DNA from: an uncultured Thermoleophilia bacterium
Lineage (GTDB): Bacteria; Actinomycetota; Thermoleophilia; UBA2241
Reading direction: 5' to 3'
DNA: 64,000 nt
Assembly: GCA_963702475.1 (NCBI GenBank)
Contig: CAVPCT010000001.1
Location: 64,001-128,000, forward strand
Shown: piece by piece, positions 51,480 through 59,705 of the stretch
Layout: the number at the start of each line of letters is the position of its first letter
How positions within the stretch are numbered: position 1 is the stretch's first letter
Made by a program: the position numbers and the translations under genes
Notes under the pieces: model-generated
The model's input: only the letters and a program-made list of their open reading frames with translations
Databases searched by the model: none
What the model was told of the DNA's origin: nothing

Positions 51480-52514
51480 ATGAGCGGTCTCCTCGCGTCA
51501 GGTCGGGTGCGCACCGTGCAGGGCGACGTCGACCCGGCTGCGCTGGGACTGACCCTGCCGCACGAGCACCTGGTGAGTTCGCTCGTGAGCAAGCTGGCTT
51601 CGCCGGAGGACGACCCGTCGTGGCCGCTGTGCGACCAGCCGGTCACGGCGGAGCTGGTCGCCGCCGTGCGGGCGGCGCCGTTCTCCAGCCGAGACAACCT
51701 GACGATGGACGAGGCGCTCGCGGCGCGAGAGCTCGCGGCGTTCGTGGCTGAGGGCGGCGCCGCAGTGGTCGACCAGACGGCGCCGGACCTGGGGCGCGAC
51801 CTTTCTGCGCTCAGACGCATCGCATCGGCGACAGGCCTCAGTGTGGTCGCCGCCTGCGGCGTCTACCAGCCGTTGCTCGCAGAAGGGCTGGAGGGGGGCG
51901 ACCCGGACTCCCTGGCGGCCGCATGGGTGGAGCAGCTGACCGCCGACCTCGCCGCGGGCGGCGTCCCCTGCGGGGTGATCGGCGAGATCGCCGTGTCGGC
52001 GCGGCCGGGGCCGGCGGAGCGCGTCGCTCTGCTGGCGGCCGCACGCGCCCACGGCGCGAGCGGGGCGCCCGTCTCACTGCACGCCGTGCTGCCCGAGACG
52101 GCGTTCGCGGCACTCGACCTTCTCGCCGCGGAGGGCGTTCCACCGGGGCGCGTGGCCGTGAGCCACGCCGACTCGCTCGTCGATCGCGGCTACGAACGCG
52201 AGCTCGCCGCACGCGGCGTGTTCGTGGAGTTCGACTACTTCGGCTGGCACCGCGTCGCCGGTCCAGACGTCAACGGCGAGGGTGACCGCGAGCGGGTGGC
52301 CGCCGCCGCCGCACTCATCCGCAGCGGCGCGGCCGGGCAGGTGCTCCTGTCGCAGGACGTGGTCACCCGTATCCAGTGCACGAGCTTCGGCGGCGGGGGG
52401 TACGTGCACCTGCTTCGGGGCCTGGCGCCATGGTTCGAGGAGGACGGCGTGAGCCGGGACGAGCTGCGTCGCGTCATGACCGAGAACCCCGCCGCCTGGC
52501 TCGCCTGGTCCTGA
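51480..52514 (+). CDS. phosphotriesterase-homology (PHP-type) amidohydrolase
   Basis: HEH, IGEI, SLH, SHAD, SQD and NPA metal-site motifs; leaderless TATCAT-N7-ATG. Confidence 0.88.
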   Translation: MSGLLASGRVRTVQGDVDPAALGLTLPHEHLVSSLVSKLASPEDDPSWPLCDQPVTAELVAAVRAAPFSSRDNLTMDEALAARELAAFVAEGGAAVVDQTAPDLGRDLSALRRIASATGLSVVAACGVYQPLLAEGLEGGDPDSLAAAWVEQLTADLAAGGVPCGVIGEIAVSARPGPAERVALLAAARAHGASGAPVSLHAVLPETAFAALDLLAAEGVPPGRVAVSHADSLVDRGYERELAARGVFVEFDYFGWHRVAGPDVNGEGDRERVAAAAALIRSGAAGQVLLSQDVVTRIQCTSFGGGGYVHLLRGLAPWFEEDGVSRDELRRVMTENPAAWLAWS

Positions 52515-52536
52515 GTGCCCCGGCCTCCGTACGCGC

Positions 52537-52623
52537 GGCGGGCGGGGAAGGCCGAAGGAGCCTTCCCCGCCCGCCTGGTGCCCCGGCCGCCCCGCCTGGG
52601 GGGTGGGGCGGGGCGGCCGGGGC
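52537..52623. terminator. two consecutive GC-rich hairpins between convergent genes
   Basis: GGCGGGCGGGGAAGGC-N7-GCCTTCCCCGCCCGCC, followed by GCCCCGGCCGCCCCGCC...GGCGGGGCGGCCGGGGC. Confidence 0.65.
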
Positions 52624-52639
52624 GGTCTCGTTCTGATCG

Positions 52640-53233
52640 TCAGCTGCGCTCCACCTCGGCGGCGCGGCCGGCGGCGACGTAGTAGGCCGCCACGATGAGC
52701 GCCACGAGGAACGGGGTGGCCAGCAGCATGAGCGCGCCGTTCGCCAGAGAGCCGATGACCACGCCGATGATCACCAGGGCGACGTGCTCCCAGAAGGCGC
52801 CCTTCACGACGCGGTAGCTCTCGCCCATGGCGTCGCCGAAGCCCATCTTGCGGTCGACCATGACCGGGAACACGTAGAGCCAGATCGCCGCGAGCAGGAT
52901 CCCGCCGACGATGGTCAGCGAAGCCAGGCCGATCAGGATGGCCAGCACCCAGAAGGCTCCGAAGAAGGACCAGAACCGGTTGAACTGGCCGAACACATCG
53001 CCGACGTGCGGCGTGCGCCCGTCGCGGACGCGCCCCACGACCATGCCGTAGAGGCCGCCGATCAGGGGCCCGGCGAGGATGCCGATGGTCAGTATGCTCA
53101 GGACTGTCGCGACGATGGTGCCGATGATCAGGACCCCGAGGTCCTTCACGAACAGGCGCCAGCCCTGCTTGAAGGCGACGCCGAAGTCGAAACTCGGTCT
53201 TCCTGCATCTGTGGTGGTGACGACGGTGCTCAT
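52640..53233 (-). CDS. hypothetical membrane protein
   Basis: FKQGWRLF...4-5 TM...DAMGESYR pattern; RBS AGGAGG. Confidence 0.75.
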   Translation of the reverse strand: MSTVVTTTDAGRPSFDFGVAFKQGWRLFVKDLGVLIIGTIVATVLSILTIGILAGPLIGGLYGMVVGRVRDGRTPHVGDVFGQFNRFWSFFGAFWVLAILIGLASLTIVGGILLAAIWLYVFPVMVDRKMGFGDAMGESYRVVKGAFWEHVALVIIGVVIGSLANGALMLLATPFLVALIVAAYYVAAGRAAEVERS

Positions 53234-53431
53234 GATGTCCTCCTGTCGGTCGTCTATCTGGTGTGAGCCTAGAGGAGGGGCCGGCGGGCGTCGTCACACC
53301 GGCGGAGGAACCCGTGTCGGCCGCAGGGGGCATCTTGCGGCGGCCGTTCTGACCCCCGCGGGGGTACGCGTCGTCCCCGCGGGGGACGGCCGGCCCGGGC
53401 GCCGTGACGACGGCCCGGGCCGGCCGCCGAC

Positions 53432-54268
53432 TCAGAACGCCATGCGGTAGGTGTTGGGCCACTGGCCCGGGCCCATGCCCTTGCTCAGCGCCAGCGCGGT
53501 GGCGCGGATCTGCGCCCAGCCGTCGTAGATGCTCTCGTGCCGCCACGGGTTCCAGTGGCGTGCCCACTCGCTGTGCGTGTACTGGAAGAGGCCGTTGTAG
53601 ATGCCGCCCACGACTCGGGGGTTCCCGCCGGATTCCAGCATCATCATGCGATACAAGCCGCCGGGGTCCACGCCGTACTTCTCGCCGGCGATACGGATGA
53701 GCGGGCGCCAGGTGTGGGTCCTCGCCCAGCGCGCGATCTGCTCGCGACGGTGGATGCGGTCCGTCAGGCGCTCGAGCTTGTCCGTCCAGCGTTGCACCTG
53801 ACGTCTGGTCGTCGCGACACGCGTCTGCAGGGCGGACAGTTCGTCGGATGTGACCACGCCGTCGGCGAGCAGGCGCTCGGCGAGCGCCGGATCCATGCCC
53901 GCCGGCACCACGCCGGCCGGCGCTGCGGGTGCACCTGCGGACGGAGTGGGCGTGGCTGACGGAGCAGGTGGGGTAGCGGAAGGCGTCGGCGTGGCGGCCG
54001 GCGCTGAGGGTGCGGCGCTCGCCTCGGGCGAAGAGCCGGCGCCTTGACGGGCCGCGATCTCGCGGGCGGCGGCGAGGTCGGCAGCCGCGTCGCGGGCGCG
54101 TTCTCGCGCCTGGGAGAGGTGGCTGCGGACGCTGGCCCGCTCCTGTCGGAGCTGTGCGGTGGTGGGGGCGGTGACGGTGGCGGCGGAGGCCGCTGGGGCG
54201 AGGGTGGCGGCGGCCGTCAAGGCGACGACGGCCAGGGCGGTGAGGGTGAGAGCTGTCCTGCGATACAC
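53432..54268 (-). CDS. secreted lytic-transglycosylase/Rpf-like muralytic protein
   Basis: Signal peptide (ASA), coiled coil, Pro/Thr linker, and C-terminal ESGGN...GLFQY...W motif. Confidence 0.75.
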   Translation of the reverse strand: MYRRTALTLTALAVVALTAAATLAPAASAATVTAPTTAQLRQERASVRSHLSQARERARDAAADLAAAREIAARQGAGSSPEASAAPSAPAATPTPSATPPAPSATPTPSAGAPAAPAGVVPAGMDPALAERLLADGVVTSDELSALQTRVATTRRQVQRWTDKLERLTDRIHRREQIARWARTHTWRPLIRIAGEKYGVDPGGLYRMMMLESGGNPRVVGGIYNGLFQYTHSEWARHWNPWRHESIYDGWAQIRATALALSKGMGPGQWPNTYRMAF

Positions 54269-54621
54269 GGTGTCCCTTCGACGGGGTTCCCCAGCGGGCA
54301 GCGGCTCGGCCTGTACCCGGCGGGCTGGCGCGACACGCGGGCGCGCCTCGCCCGTACGGCGTGACCGTCACACACAAGAAGGGGGACGAATCTGCGGGGG
54401 GAGGGACGCGCGGGGCGTCGCGATCTCTGAGATCCGTGGCCCAGTCAACCGTGTTCGCGTCCGCACTGCAACCCGGCTGGTGCGTACGGCTTCGGTCGAA
54501 CGGGCAGCCAGATGGGGATCGCCACAGTGGGAAGCGGCGCTCGACGGCGCCGAACGGGGACGCGCTCCTGGCCTGTAGACTTGACCTCAGCATCAGCCCC
54601 CCGACAGGAGAGGAGCCGACC

Positions 54622-55197
54622 ATGCCGAGCTTGAAGGGCAGCGAGACCGAGAAGAACCTGCTGAAGGCGTTCGCCGGCGAGAGCCAGGCGCGCAACCGGT
54701 ATACATTCTTCGCCAAGGCGGCCGTCAAGGAGGGGTACGAGCAGATCGGCGCCCTCTTCCTCGAGACGGCCGAGAACGAGGCCCAGCACGCCAAGGTGTT
54801 CTTCAAGCACCTCGAGGGCGGGCCGGTGGAGATCACCGCCACCTATCCGGCCGGGGTCATCGGGGCGACGACGGAGAACCTGGCGGCCGCGGCCGACGGG
54901 GAGAACGAGGAGTGGACGCAGCTGTACCCGGCGTTCGCCGACGTGGCCGAGGCCGAAGGCTTCACGGCCGTCGCGACCTCGTTCCGGCAGATCGCCAAGG
55001 TCGAGGCCAAGCACGAGCAGCGCTACCGCAAGCTGCTGGCCAACATCGAGCGCGGCCACGTGTTTGAGAAGGCCGACCCGGTCAGCTGGGTCTGCCGCAA
55101 GTGCGGTTACGTGCACCAGGGAACGAAGGCGCCCAAGGTGTGCCCCGCCTGCCAGCACCCGCAGGCCTACTTCGAGGTGTACGCCGAGAACTACTGA
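54622..55197 (+). CDS. rbr: rubrerythrin
   Basis: [22 protein letters not shown] and VEAKHE motifs; rubredoxin-like CRKCG...CPACQHP. Confidence 0.95.
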   Translation: MPSLKGSETEKNLLKAFAGESQARNRYTFFAKAAVKEGYEQIGALFLETAENEAQHAKVFFKHLEGGPVEITATYPAGVIGATTENLAAAADGENEEWTQLYPAFADVAEAEGFTAVATSFRQIAKVEAKHEQRYRKLLANIERGHVFEKADPVSWVCRKCGYVHQGTKAPKVCPACQHPQAYFEVYAENY

Positions 55198-55583
55198 GCC
55201 GGCAACGGCACGCCCGTGTGCGGCGGGCCCGCCGGCGAAAGGGTTGACGCTGCAGGCGCCGAGAACCGTCGCCATGAGCACGAGCGCGCAGAGCGCCCCC
55301 AGCGCCGCGCTCCCGCGCGACCGGATCGGCGCCCTCCCTGCCGTTCCGCGTGTGACGTCCCTCCAGCCGCCCACGGCGCGCCTCCCCGACGGTCCCCGTG
55401 CCGCGTTACCTCGGGGTTCCCCGCGTGGCCCCCGCGGCACCGTTCGGGCGCCACGGCGGGACGGTGGAGGCGGCGGGGGGGTGGAAGCGGCGGTGGGACG
55501 GCAGGGCCTGACTCGGCCGTCGGCAGGACAACGTGAGTACGCATGCGTCGAGCGCGGCAGGCGGCGTGCCCATTGAACGAGGC

Positions 55584-55613
55584 GGCGAGCCCCCGGAGGT
55601 CCTGAGGGCTCGC
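55584..55613. terminator. hairpin downstream of the isc-like operon
   Basis: GGCGAGCCC...GGGCTCGCC inverted repeat. Confidence 0.45.
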
Positions 55614-55680
55614 CACGTTCCAGCCGAGCGGCTCGGTCGGCGCGCCGGCCGCCGGCCGGGCGGCGCGCCTCGGCGGTAGG

Positions 55681-56487
55681 CTACTCGAGCACCACGAGGG
55701 CGTCGGCCGTGAGCTCGTACTCCTCGTCCTCGTTGAGGTCGTGCACACGGATGCGCTCGAGCTCGCCCTCGCCCTTGAGCTCGAGCGGCTGCGCCTCCGT
55801 GAGCAGCTTCACGTCGGAGAGACGCAGGGCCGAGCGCACGGCGCTGCTCACGCTCGGCTCCTTGCCGGTGGTCATGAGCACCACGCGGCCGGTGTGGTCG
55901 GTGAGGTCGATGGCGACCTGCGCAGACGCGTCGCCGGTGTCCAGCACCACCACGCGTTGGCCGGCCAGCTCGGAGAGGTCGGCCAGCTTCGTGTACACGC
56001 CCTTGCCCTCGTAGTCGGCGAGATTGCTGATCTCGACCTCGACGACCGCGGCGGGCCTGGGGTGGCAGCTCTTCTCGACGGGCGTCGTGGTGGCGTCCTC
56101 GGGCTTGACGCCCTCGCGCCAGTTCTTGATGGCCTCGTGCAGGGCGTCGGCTGCCAGGTTGCTGCAGTGCATCTTGATGGGCGGCAGGCCGTCGAGCGCG
56201 TCGGCCACGTCGCCGCGCGACACCTTGAGCGCTTCGTCGAGCTTCATGCCCACCACGAGCTCGGTGACCATGCTCGAGGTCGCGACCGCAGACCCGCAGC
56301 CGAAGGTCTGGAACTTGATGTCCTCGATGCGGTCGTCGGGGGTGACCTTGATGTAGATGTCCATCATGTCGCCGCACACGGGGTTGCCGACGCGGCCGAC
56401 GGCGACGTTCTCGCCCTCCAGCGTGCCGACGTTGCGCGGGTTGCGGAAGTGCTCGAGTGTCTTCTCGCTGTACTGGGTCGATTTCAT
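55681..56487 (-). CDS. iscU: IscU/NifU Fe-S scaffold fused to a degenerate thioredoxin-reductase NADPH-binding domain
   Basis: EHFRNPRNVG, GNPVCGD, FQTFGC and LPPIKMHC motifs; C-terminal YEGKGV...QRVVVLDTGDASAQVAIDL...ELTADALVV. Confidence 0.9.
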   Translation of the reverse strand: MKSTQYSEKTLEHFRNPRNVGTLEGENVAVGRVGNPVCGDMMDIYIKVTPDDRIEDIKFQTFGCGSAVATSSMVTELVVGMKLDEALKVSRGDVADALDGLPPIKMHCSNLAADALHEAIKNWREGVKPEDATTTPVEKSCHPRPAAVVEVEISNLADYEGKGVYTKLADLSELAGQRVVVLDTGDASAQVAIDLTDHTGRVVLMTTGKEPSVSSAVRSALRLSDVKLLTEAQPLELKGEGELERIRVHDLNEDEEYELTADALVVLE

Positions 56488-56527
56488 CAGTCGTGCCTCT
56501 CGCCGGATACGGTGGGGACGCCGCCGG

Positions 56528-57715
56528 TCACACCGGGGACGTCGTGTGGTACAGGGGGCTCAGGGCGCGCAGCCGCTGGATGACCGGCGGGAGCGCCTCC
56601 ATGATGCGCTCCACGTCCGCGTCGGTGCTGAAGCGCCCGAAGGTGAACTCCAGGGAGCCGTGCGCCTCCTCGTGCAGCAAGCCGCAGGAGATGAGGGTGT
56701 GCGACGGCTCCAGGGTCTTGGAGCTGCAGGCCGAGCCGGTCGCCGCCGCGACGCCGAGGTCGCGCAGCGACAGCACCATGGCCTCGCCCTCCACGCCCTC
56801 GAAGCGGAAGTGGGCGTTGTTGGGCAGGCGCCCGTCCGGCGGGTCGAGGGGGGCGCCGTTGAGGTGCGAGTCAGGTATCTCGGCGAGCACGCGCTGCACG
56901 AGGCGGTCGCGGATGGCGCGGATGCGCTCGACCTCGGCCGGCTGCTCCGCCGTCATGATGTCCGCGGCGGCGGCGAAGCCTGCGATGGACGCCAGGTCCT
57001 CAGTGCCCGAGCGCAGGCCGCGCTCCTGGCCTCCGCCGAGCAGCACGGGGGCGACTTGCACGCCCGAGCGCACGTACAGGGCGCCGACGCCGCGCGGGCC
57101 GTAGAGCTCGTTGGCCGACAGGCTCATCAAACTGACGGGCACGGCCCGCATGTCGATGGGCACGAGACCCTCCGCGGCGACCGCGTCGGTGTGCAGCGCC
57201 ACGCCGGTGCCGTCGAGCATCTCGGCGATCTCGCGGATGGGCTGCACGGTGCCGATCTCGTTGCTCGCCCAGCCGACGCTGACGAGGATGGTCTCGTCGG
57301 TGATGCGCGCGCGCAGCTTCTTGCACGACACGCGCCCGTACAGGTCGATGGGCGCGCGGGTGACCTTGAAGCCGCTCTTCTCGAGGTACTTGGCGATGTT
57401 CAGCACCGAGATGTGCTCGGCCTCGGTGATGATCACGTGATCGCCCTTGCGGCGGTTGCGCTGGGCGTAGCCGATCAGCGCGATGTTGGTCGCCTCCGTG
57501 GCCCCGGACGTGAAGACGATCTCGCGCGGCTCCGCGCCGAAGTACGCGGCGACGCGGCCGCGCGCGTCCTCCAGCGCGGACGTGGCCTCGTCGCCGACGG
57601 CGTGCAGCGAGGCGGCGTTGCCGAACGCCGAGCCGCCGAAGTACGGCAGCATGGCGTCCACGACGCGCGGGTCGACCGGACGCGACGACTGGTAGTCGGC
57701 GTACGCGACGTCCAT
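56528..57715 (-). CDS. iscS: IscS-family protein lacking the PLP Schiff-base lysine (Archaeoglobus-type)
   Basis: FTSGATE, NEIGT, GGGQERGLRSGT and GSACSS are present, but SLSANELYGP replaces SxHKxYGP; TGATG overlap with dsrE. Confidence 0.9.
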   Translation of the reverse strand: MDVAYADYQSSRPVDPRVVDAMLPYFGGSAFGNAASLHAVGDEATSALEDARGRVAAYFGAEPREIVFTSGATEATNIALIGYAQRNRRKGDHVIITEAEHISVLNIAKYLEKSGFKVTRAPIDLYGRVSCKKLRARITDETILVSVGWASNEIGTVQPIREIAEMLDGTGVALHTDAVAAEGLVPIDMRAVPVSLMSLSANELYGPRGVGALYVRSGVQVAPVLLGGGQERGLRSGTEDLASIAGFAAAADIMTAEQPAEVERIRAIRDRLVQRVLAEIPDSHLNGAPLDPPDGRLPNNAHFRFEGVEGEAMVLSLRDLGVAAATGSACSSKTLEPSHTLISCGLLHEEAHGSLEFTFGRFSTDADVERIMEALPPVIQRLRALSPLYHTTSPV

Positions 57716-58077
57716 CAGAAGTACATGGTCGCGCCGGCGTCGAGCACCAGGTCGTTGAGCGTTGCCGCTCCGACGATCTTGACGCCGTCGATGAGCTCGA
57801 CGGCCTCCCACCCGAGCATCTGCTTGGAGGCCTCGCACACGTAGATGGTGACGCCCATCTCGATGGTCTTCTGGAGCATCTCGGCGACGCTCGGGAAGCT
57901 GCCCAGCTGCATCTCCTCGGCGGCGCCCGGCTTGAGCACCGTGAGGCCCATCCCGAGGTAGTACACCGCGGCGTCCAGGCCCATGGCCCTGGCGCTCTGC
58001 GCGAGGACGAGCGGGGAGTACTGCCGTTCGGGGGCGTTGCTCGTCTGCACGTAGAGGATCATGTTCTCGTTCTTCAT
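57715..58077 (-). CDS. DsrE family sulfur-relay protein
   Basis: DsrE pattern (PLVLA...A.AM...YY.G.G...GV.IYVC..S...VGAA); single conserved Cys. Confidence 0.8.
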   Translation of the reverse strand: MKNENMILYVQTSNAPERQYSPLVLAQSARAMGLDAAVYYLGMGLTVLKPGAAEEMQLGSFPSVAEMLQKTIEMGVTIYVCEASKQMLGWEAVELIDGVKIVGAATLNDLVLDAGATMYF

Positions 58078-58098
58078 GGTCGGCTCCCTTTCACGTGG

Positions 58099-58338
58099 TC
58101 ACTTGAGTCTGCGGATGAGGATGCGGAGCTGATCGCCCTCGTGCTCGACGCCCACGACCTCGTGCCCGGCGCGTTTGGCGAACCGCGTGAGGTCCTCCTC
58201 GGCGGCGGGGTCGTCGGCGAACACCTCGAGGACCTCCCCGATCGCGACTGAGTCCACTGCCTCCCTCGTCTGGAACAGCGGCTCGGGGCAGTACAGCCCG
58301 AGGCAGTCGAGGGTCTGTACGGGCGTCTGATCGCTCAT
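58099..58338 (-). CDS. tusA: TusA family sulfurtransferase
   Basis: LDCLGLYCPEP and DDPAA motifs; RBS AAGGAG. Confidence 0.9.
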   Translation of the reverse strand: MSDQTPVQTLDCLGLYCPEPLFQTREAVDSVAIGEVLEVFADDPAAEEDLTRFAKRAGHEVVGVEHEGDQLRILIRRLK

Positions 58339-58361
58339 GCCGTGCTCCTTCGGGGATGTAG

Positions 58362-58409
58362 ATACCCAACCACCGGAGTCGGTATTCCCACCGGACCCCC
58401 AGTCGATAC
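58362..58409. promoter_or_regulatory. possible tandem Rrf2/IscR-type operator sites upstream of tusA
   Basis: ATACCCAACCACCGGAGTCGGTATT partially matches IscR type-1 ATASYYGACT-N5-AGTCRRSTAT; a second, more degenerate copy follows. Confidence 0.35.
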
Positions 58410-58630
58410 CTGTGCCGGGGCGCGGTGCGCCGGCTGAGGGCGGCCGCCGCGCCGCGTGGGACGTCCGGACGGCTGAACCAGGAACCGGCGCGCCCCCCGC
58501 GGCGGGCCTGGCTCCGGCGCGGGCAGGGTTCGCGGGCCGCGGCGCGAAGCCGTAGCGGCCCGTCGTCGCGGCGGGTGCGCCGCCGCGGGCACGCTCAGGC
58601 ATCGCGGCGGCCCGTCGATACACTTCGGGG

Positions 58631-59692
58631 ATGGATGTGCGCGGACACAAGCTGCAGACCCTTACGACGTTCGTCGTGCTCGCTTGCCTGGCCGGGGGCG
58701 TGCTGGCCCTCGGGCGCGCCGCGCCGGCGGGGGCGGCCCTGCGGGCCGCCGGCTCCGGCGTCGGCGTCCGCGTGGACGCCGTCCCGTCGCTGCAGAAGCT
58801 GCAGAACGAGGCCAAGGCCACGCGCGCCCAGATGCAGCGGCTGGGCGCCGAGCAGGAGGCCATCATCCAGAGGTGCAACGAGGCGCAGCAGCGTCTCGAC
58901 GAGGTGAGCGCCGAGCTCGTGACGGCGCGCCGCGACCTGGCGCGCAAGCGCAAGGAGCTGGACGAGCAGCGCACGTTGGTGGCCGGCCGCATGAAGACGA
59001 TGTACAAGGCCGGCCAGTACACCTGGCTGGACATCGCGACCTCGGCGTCCAGCCTCGCCGAGGCCGAGACGGTGATGGACTTCCTGCGCAGGATCTCCCT
59101 CCTGGACAGGCACGAGGAGACCGAGCTGCAGAGGCTCACCGGCCAGGCGCGCAAGCTCGAGCACGACGTGGAGGCCGACCGCAAGAAGGCGGTCACGGCC
59201 CAGGTGGACCTCGACGACCAGCGCGCCCAGCTGGAGGCCAAGATCGCCCAGCGCGCCACCGTCCTCAAGGACCTGGTGACGCGCATCAAGAAGATCCTGT
59301 CCGCGCCGCTGCTTCTCATGAAGGCCGGCGGCAAGGTGACCCAGGTCACCTGGGCCCAGGCCGTGCTCAAGAGCCTGGGCATGCCCATCACGGCCGACAA
59401 CGTGGCCGCCGTGGTGGCCTGGGAGATGGCCGAGGGCGGGCACTGGTACAACACCGCGTACTACAACCCGCTGAACACCACCCAGTCCATGCCGGGGGCG
59501 ACCATCTTCAACTCGGTCGGCGTCAAGGCGTACACCAGCTGGGAGCAGGGCCTCAAGGCCACCGTGATCACGCTGCACAACGGCTACTACGGCGGCATCC
59601 TCGAGGCGCTCAGCCGTGGCAACGACGCCCAGGCAGTGGCCGATGCGGTGGCGGCCTCGCCCTGGGGCACCGGCTCGTTCGACCCACGGTGA
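58631..59692 (+). CDS. secreted coiled-coil (PcsB/CwlO-like) protein with a C-terminal lysozyme-like domain
   Basis: Signal peptide, long coiled coil with MYKAG, and C-terminal WEMAEGG..YNPLNTT..NSVGVKAY. Confidence 0.7.
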   Translation: MDVRGHKLQTLTTFVVLACLAGGVLALGRAAPAGAALRAAGSGVGVRVDAVPSLQKLQNEAKATRAQMQRLGAEQEAIIQRCNEAQQRLDEVSAELVTARRDLARKRKELDEQRTLVAGRMKTMYKAGQYTWLDIATSASSLAEAETVMDFLRRISLLDRHEETELQRLTGQARKLEHDVEADRKKAVTAQVDLDDQRAQLEAKIAQRATVLKDLVTRIKKILSAPLLLMKAGGKVTQVTWAQAVLKSLGMPITADNVAAVVAWEMAEGGHWYNTAYYNPLNTTQSMPGATIFNSVGVKAYTSWEQGLKATVITLHNGYYGGILEALSRGNDAQAVADAVAASPWGTGSFDPR

Positions 59693-59705
59693 CGGGTCGC
59701 GCCCG

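Noticed and set aside
54581-54596. FNR- or MerR-type site upstream of rubrerythrin (TTGACCTCAGCATCAG)
   Set aside because: The spacing does not fit TTGA-N6-TCAA and there is no clear dyad; at most a -35 element.
54269-54620. c-di-AMP (ydaO) riboswitch expected upstream of the Rpf/SLT-like gene
   Set aside because: I could not find the conserved GCTGAATC / GGGGTGAA / CCCGTCAGCTAAC elements on the minus strand; only a short GTGAC-N-GTCAC dyad is present.
56528-57715. iscS as a simple pseudogene or sequencing error (GAG is one base from AAG)
   Set aside because: The ORF is full length with the loop Cys intact, and the accompanying His-to-Asn and Gln-to-Ala changes mirror the Archaeoglobus subfamily. 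A single error is therefore unlikely, though not excluded without reads.
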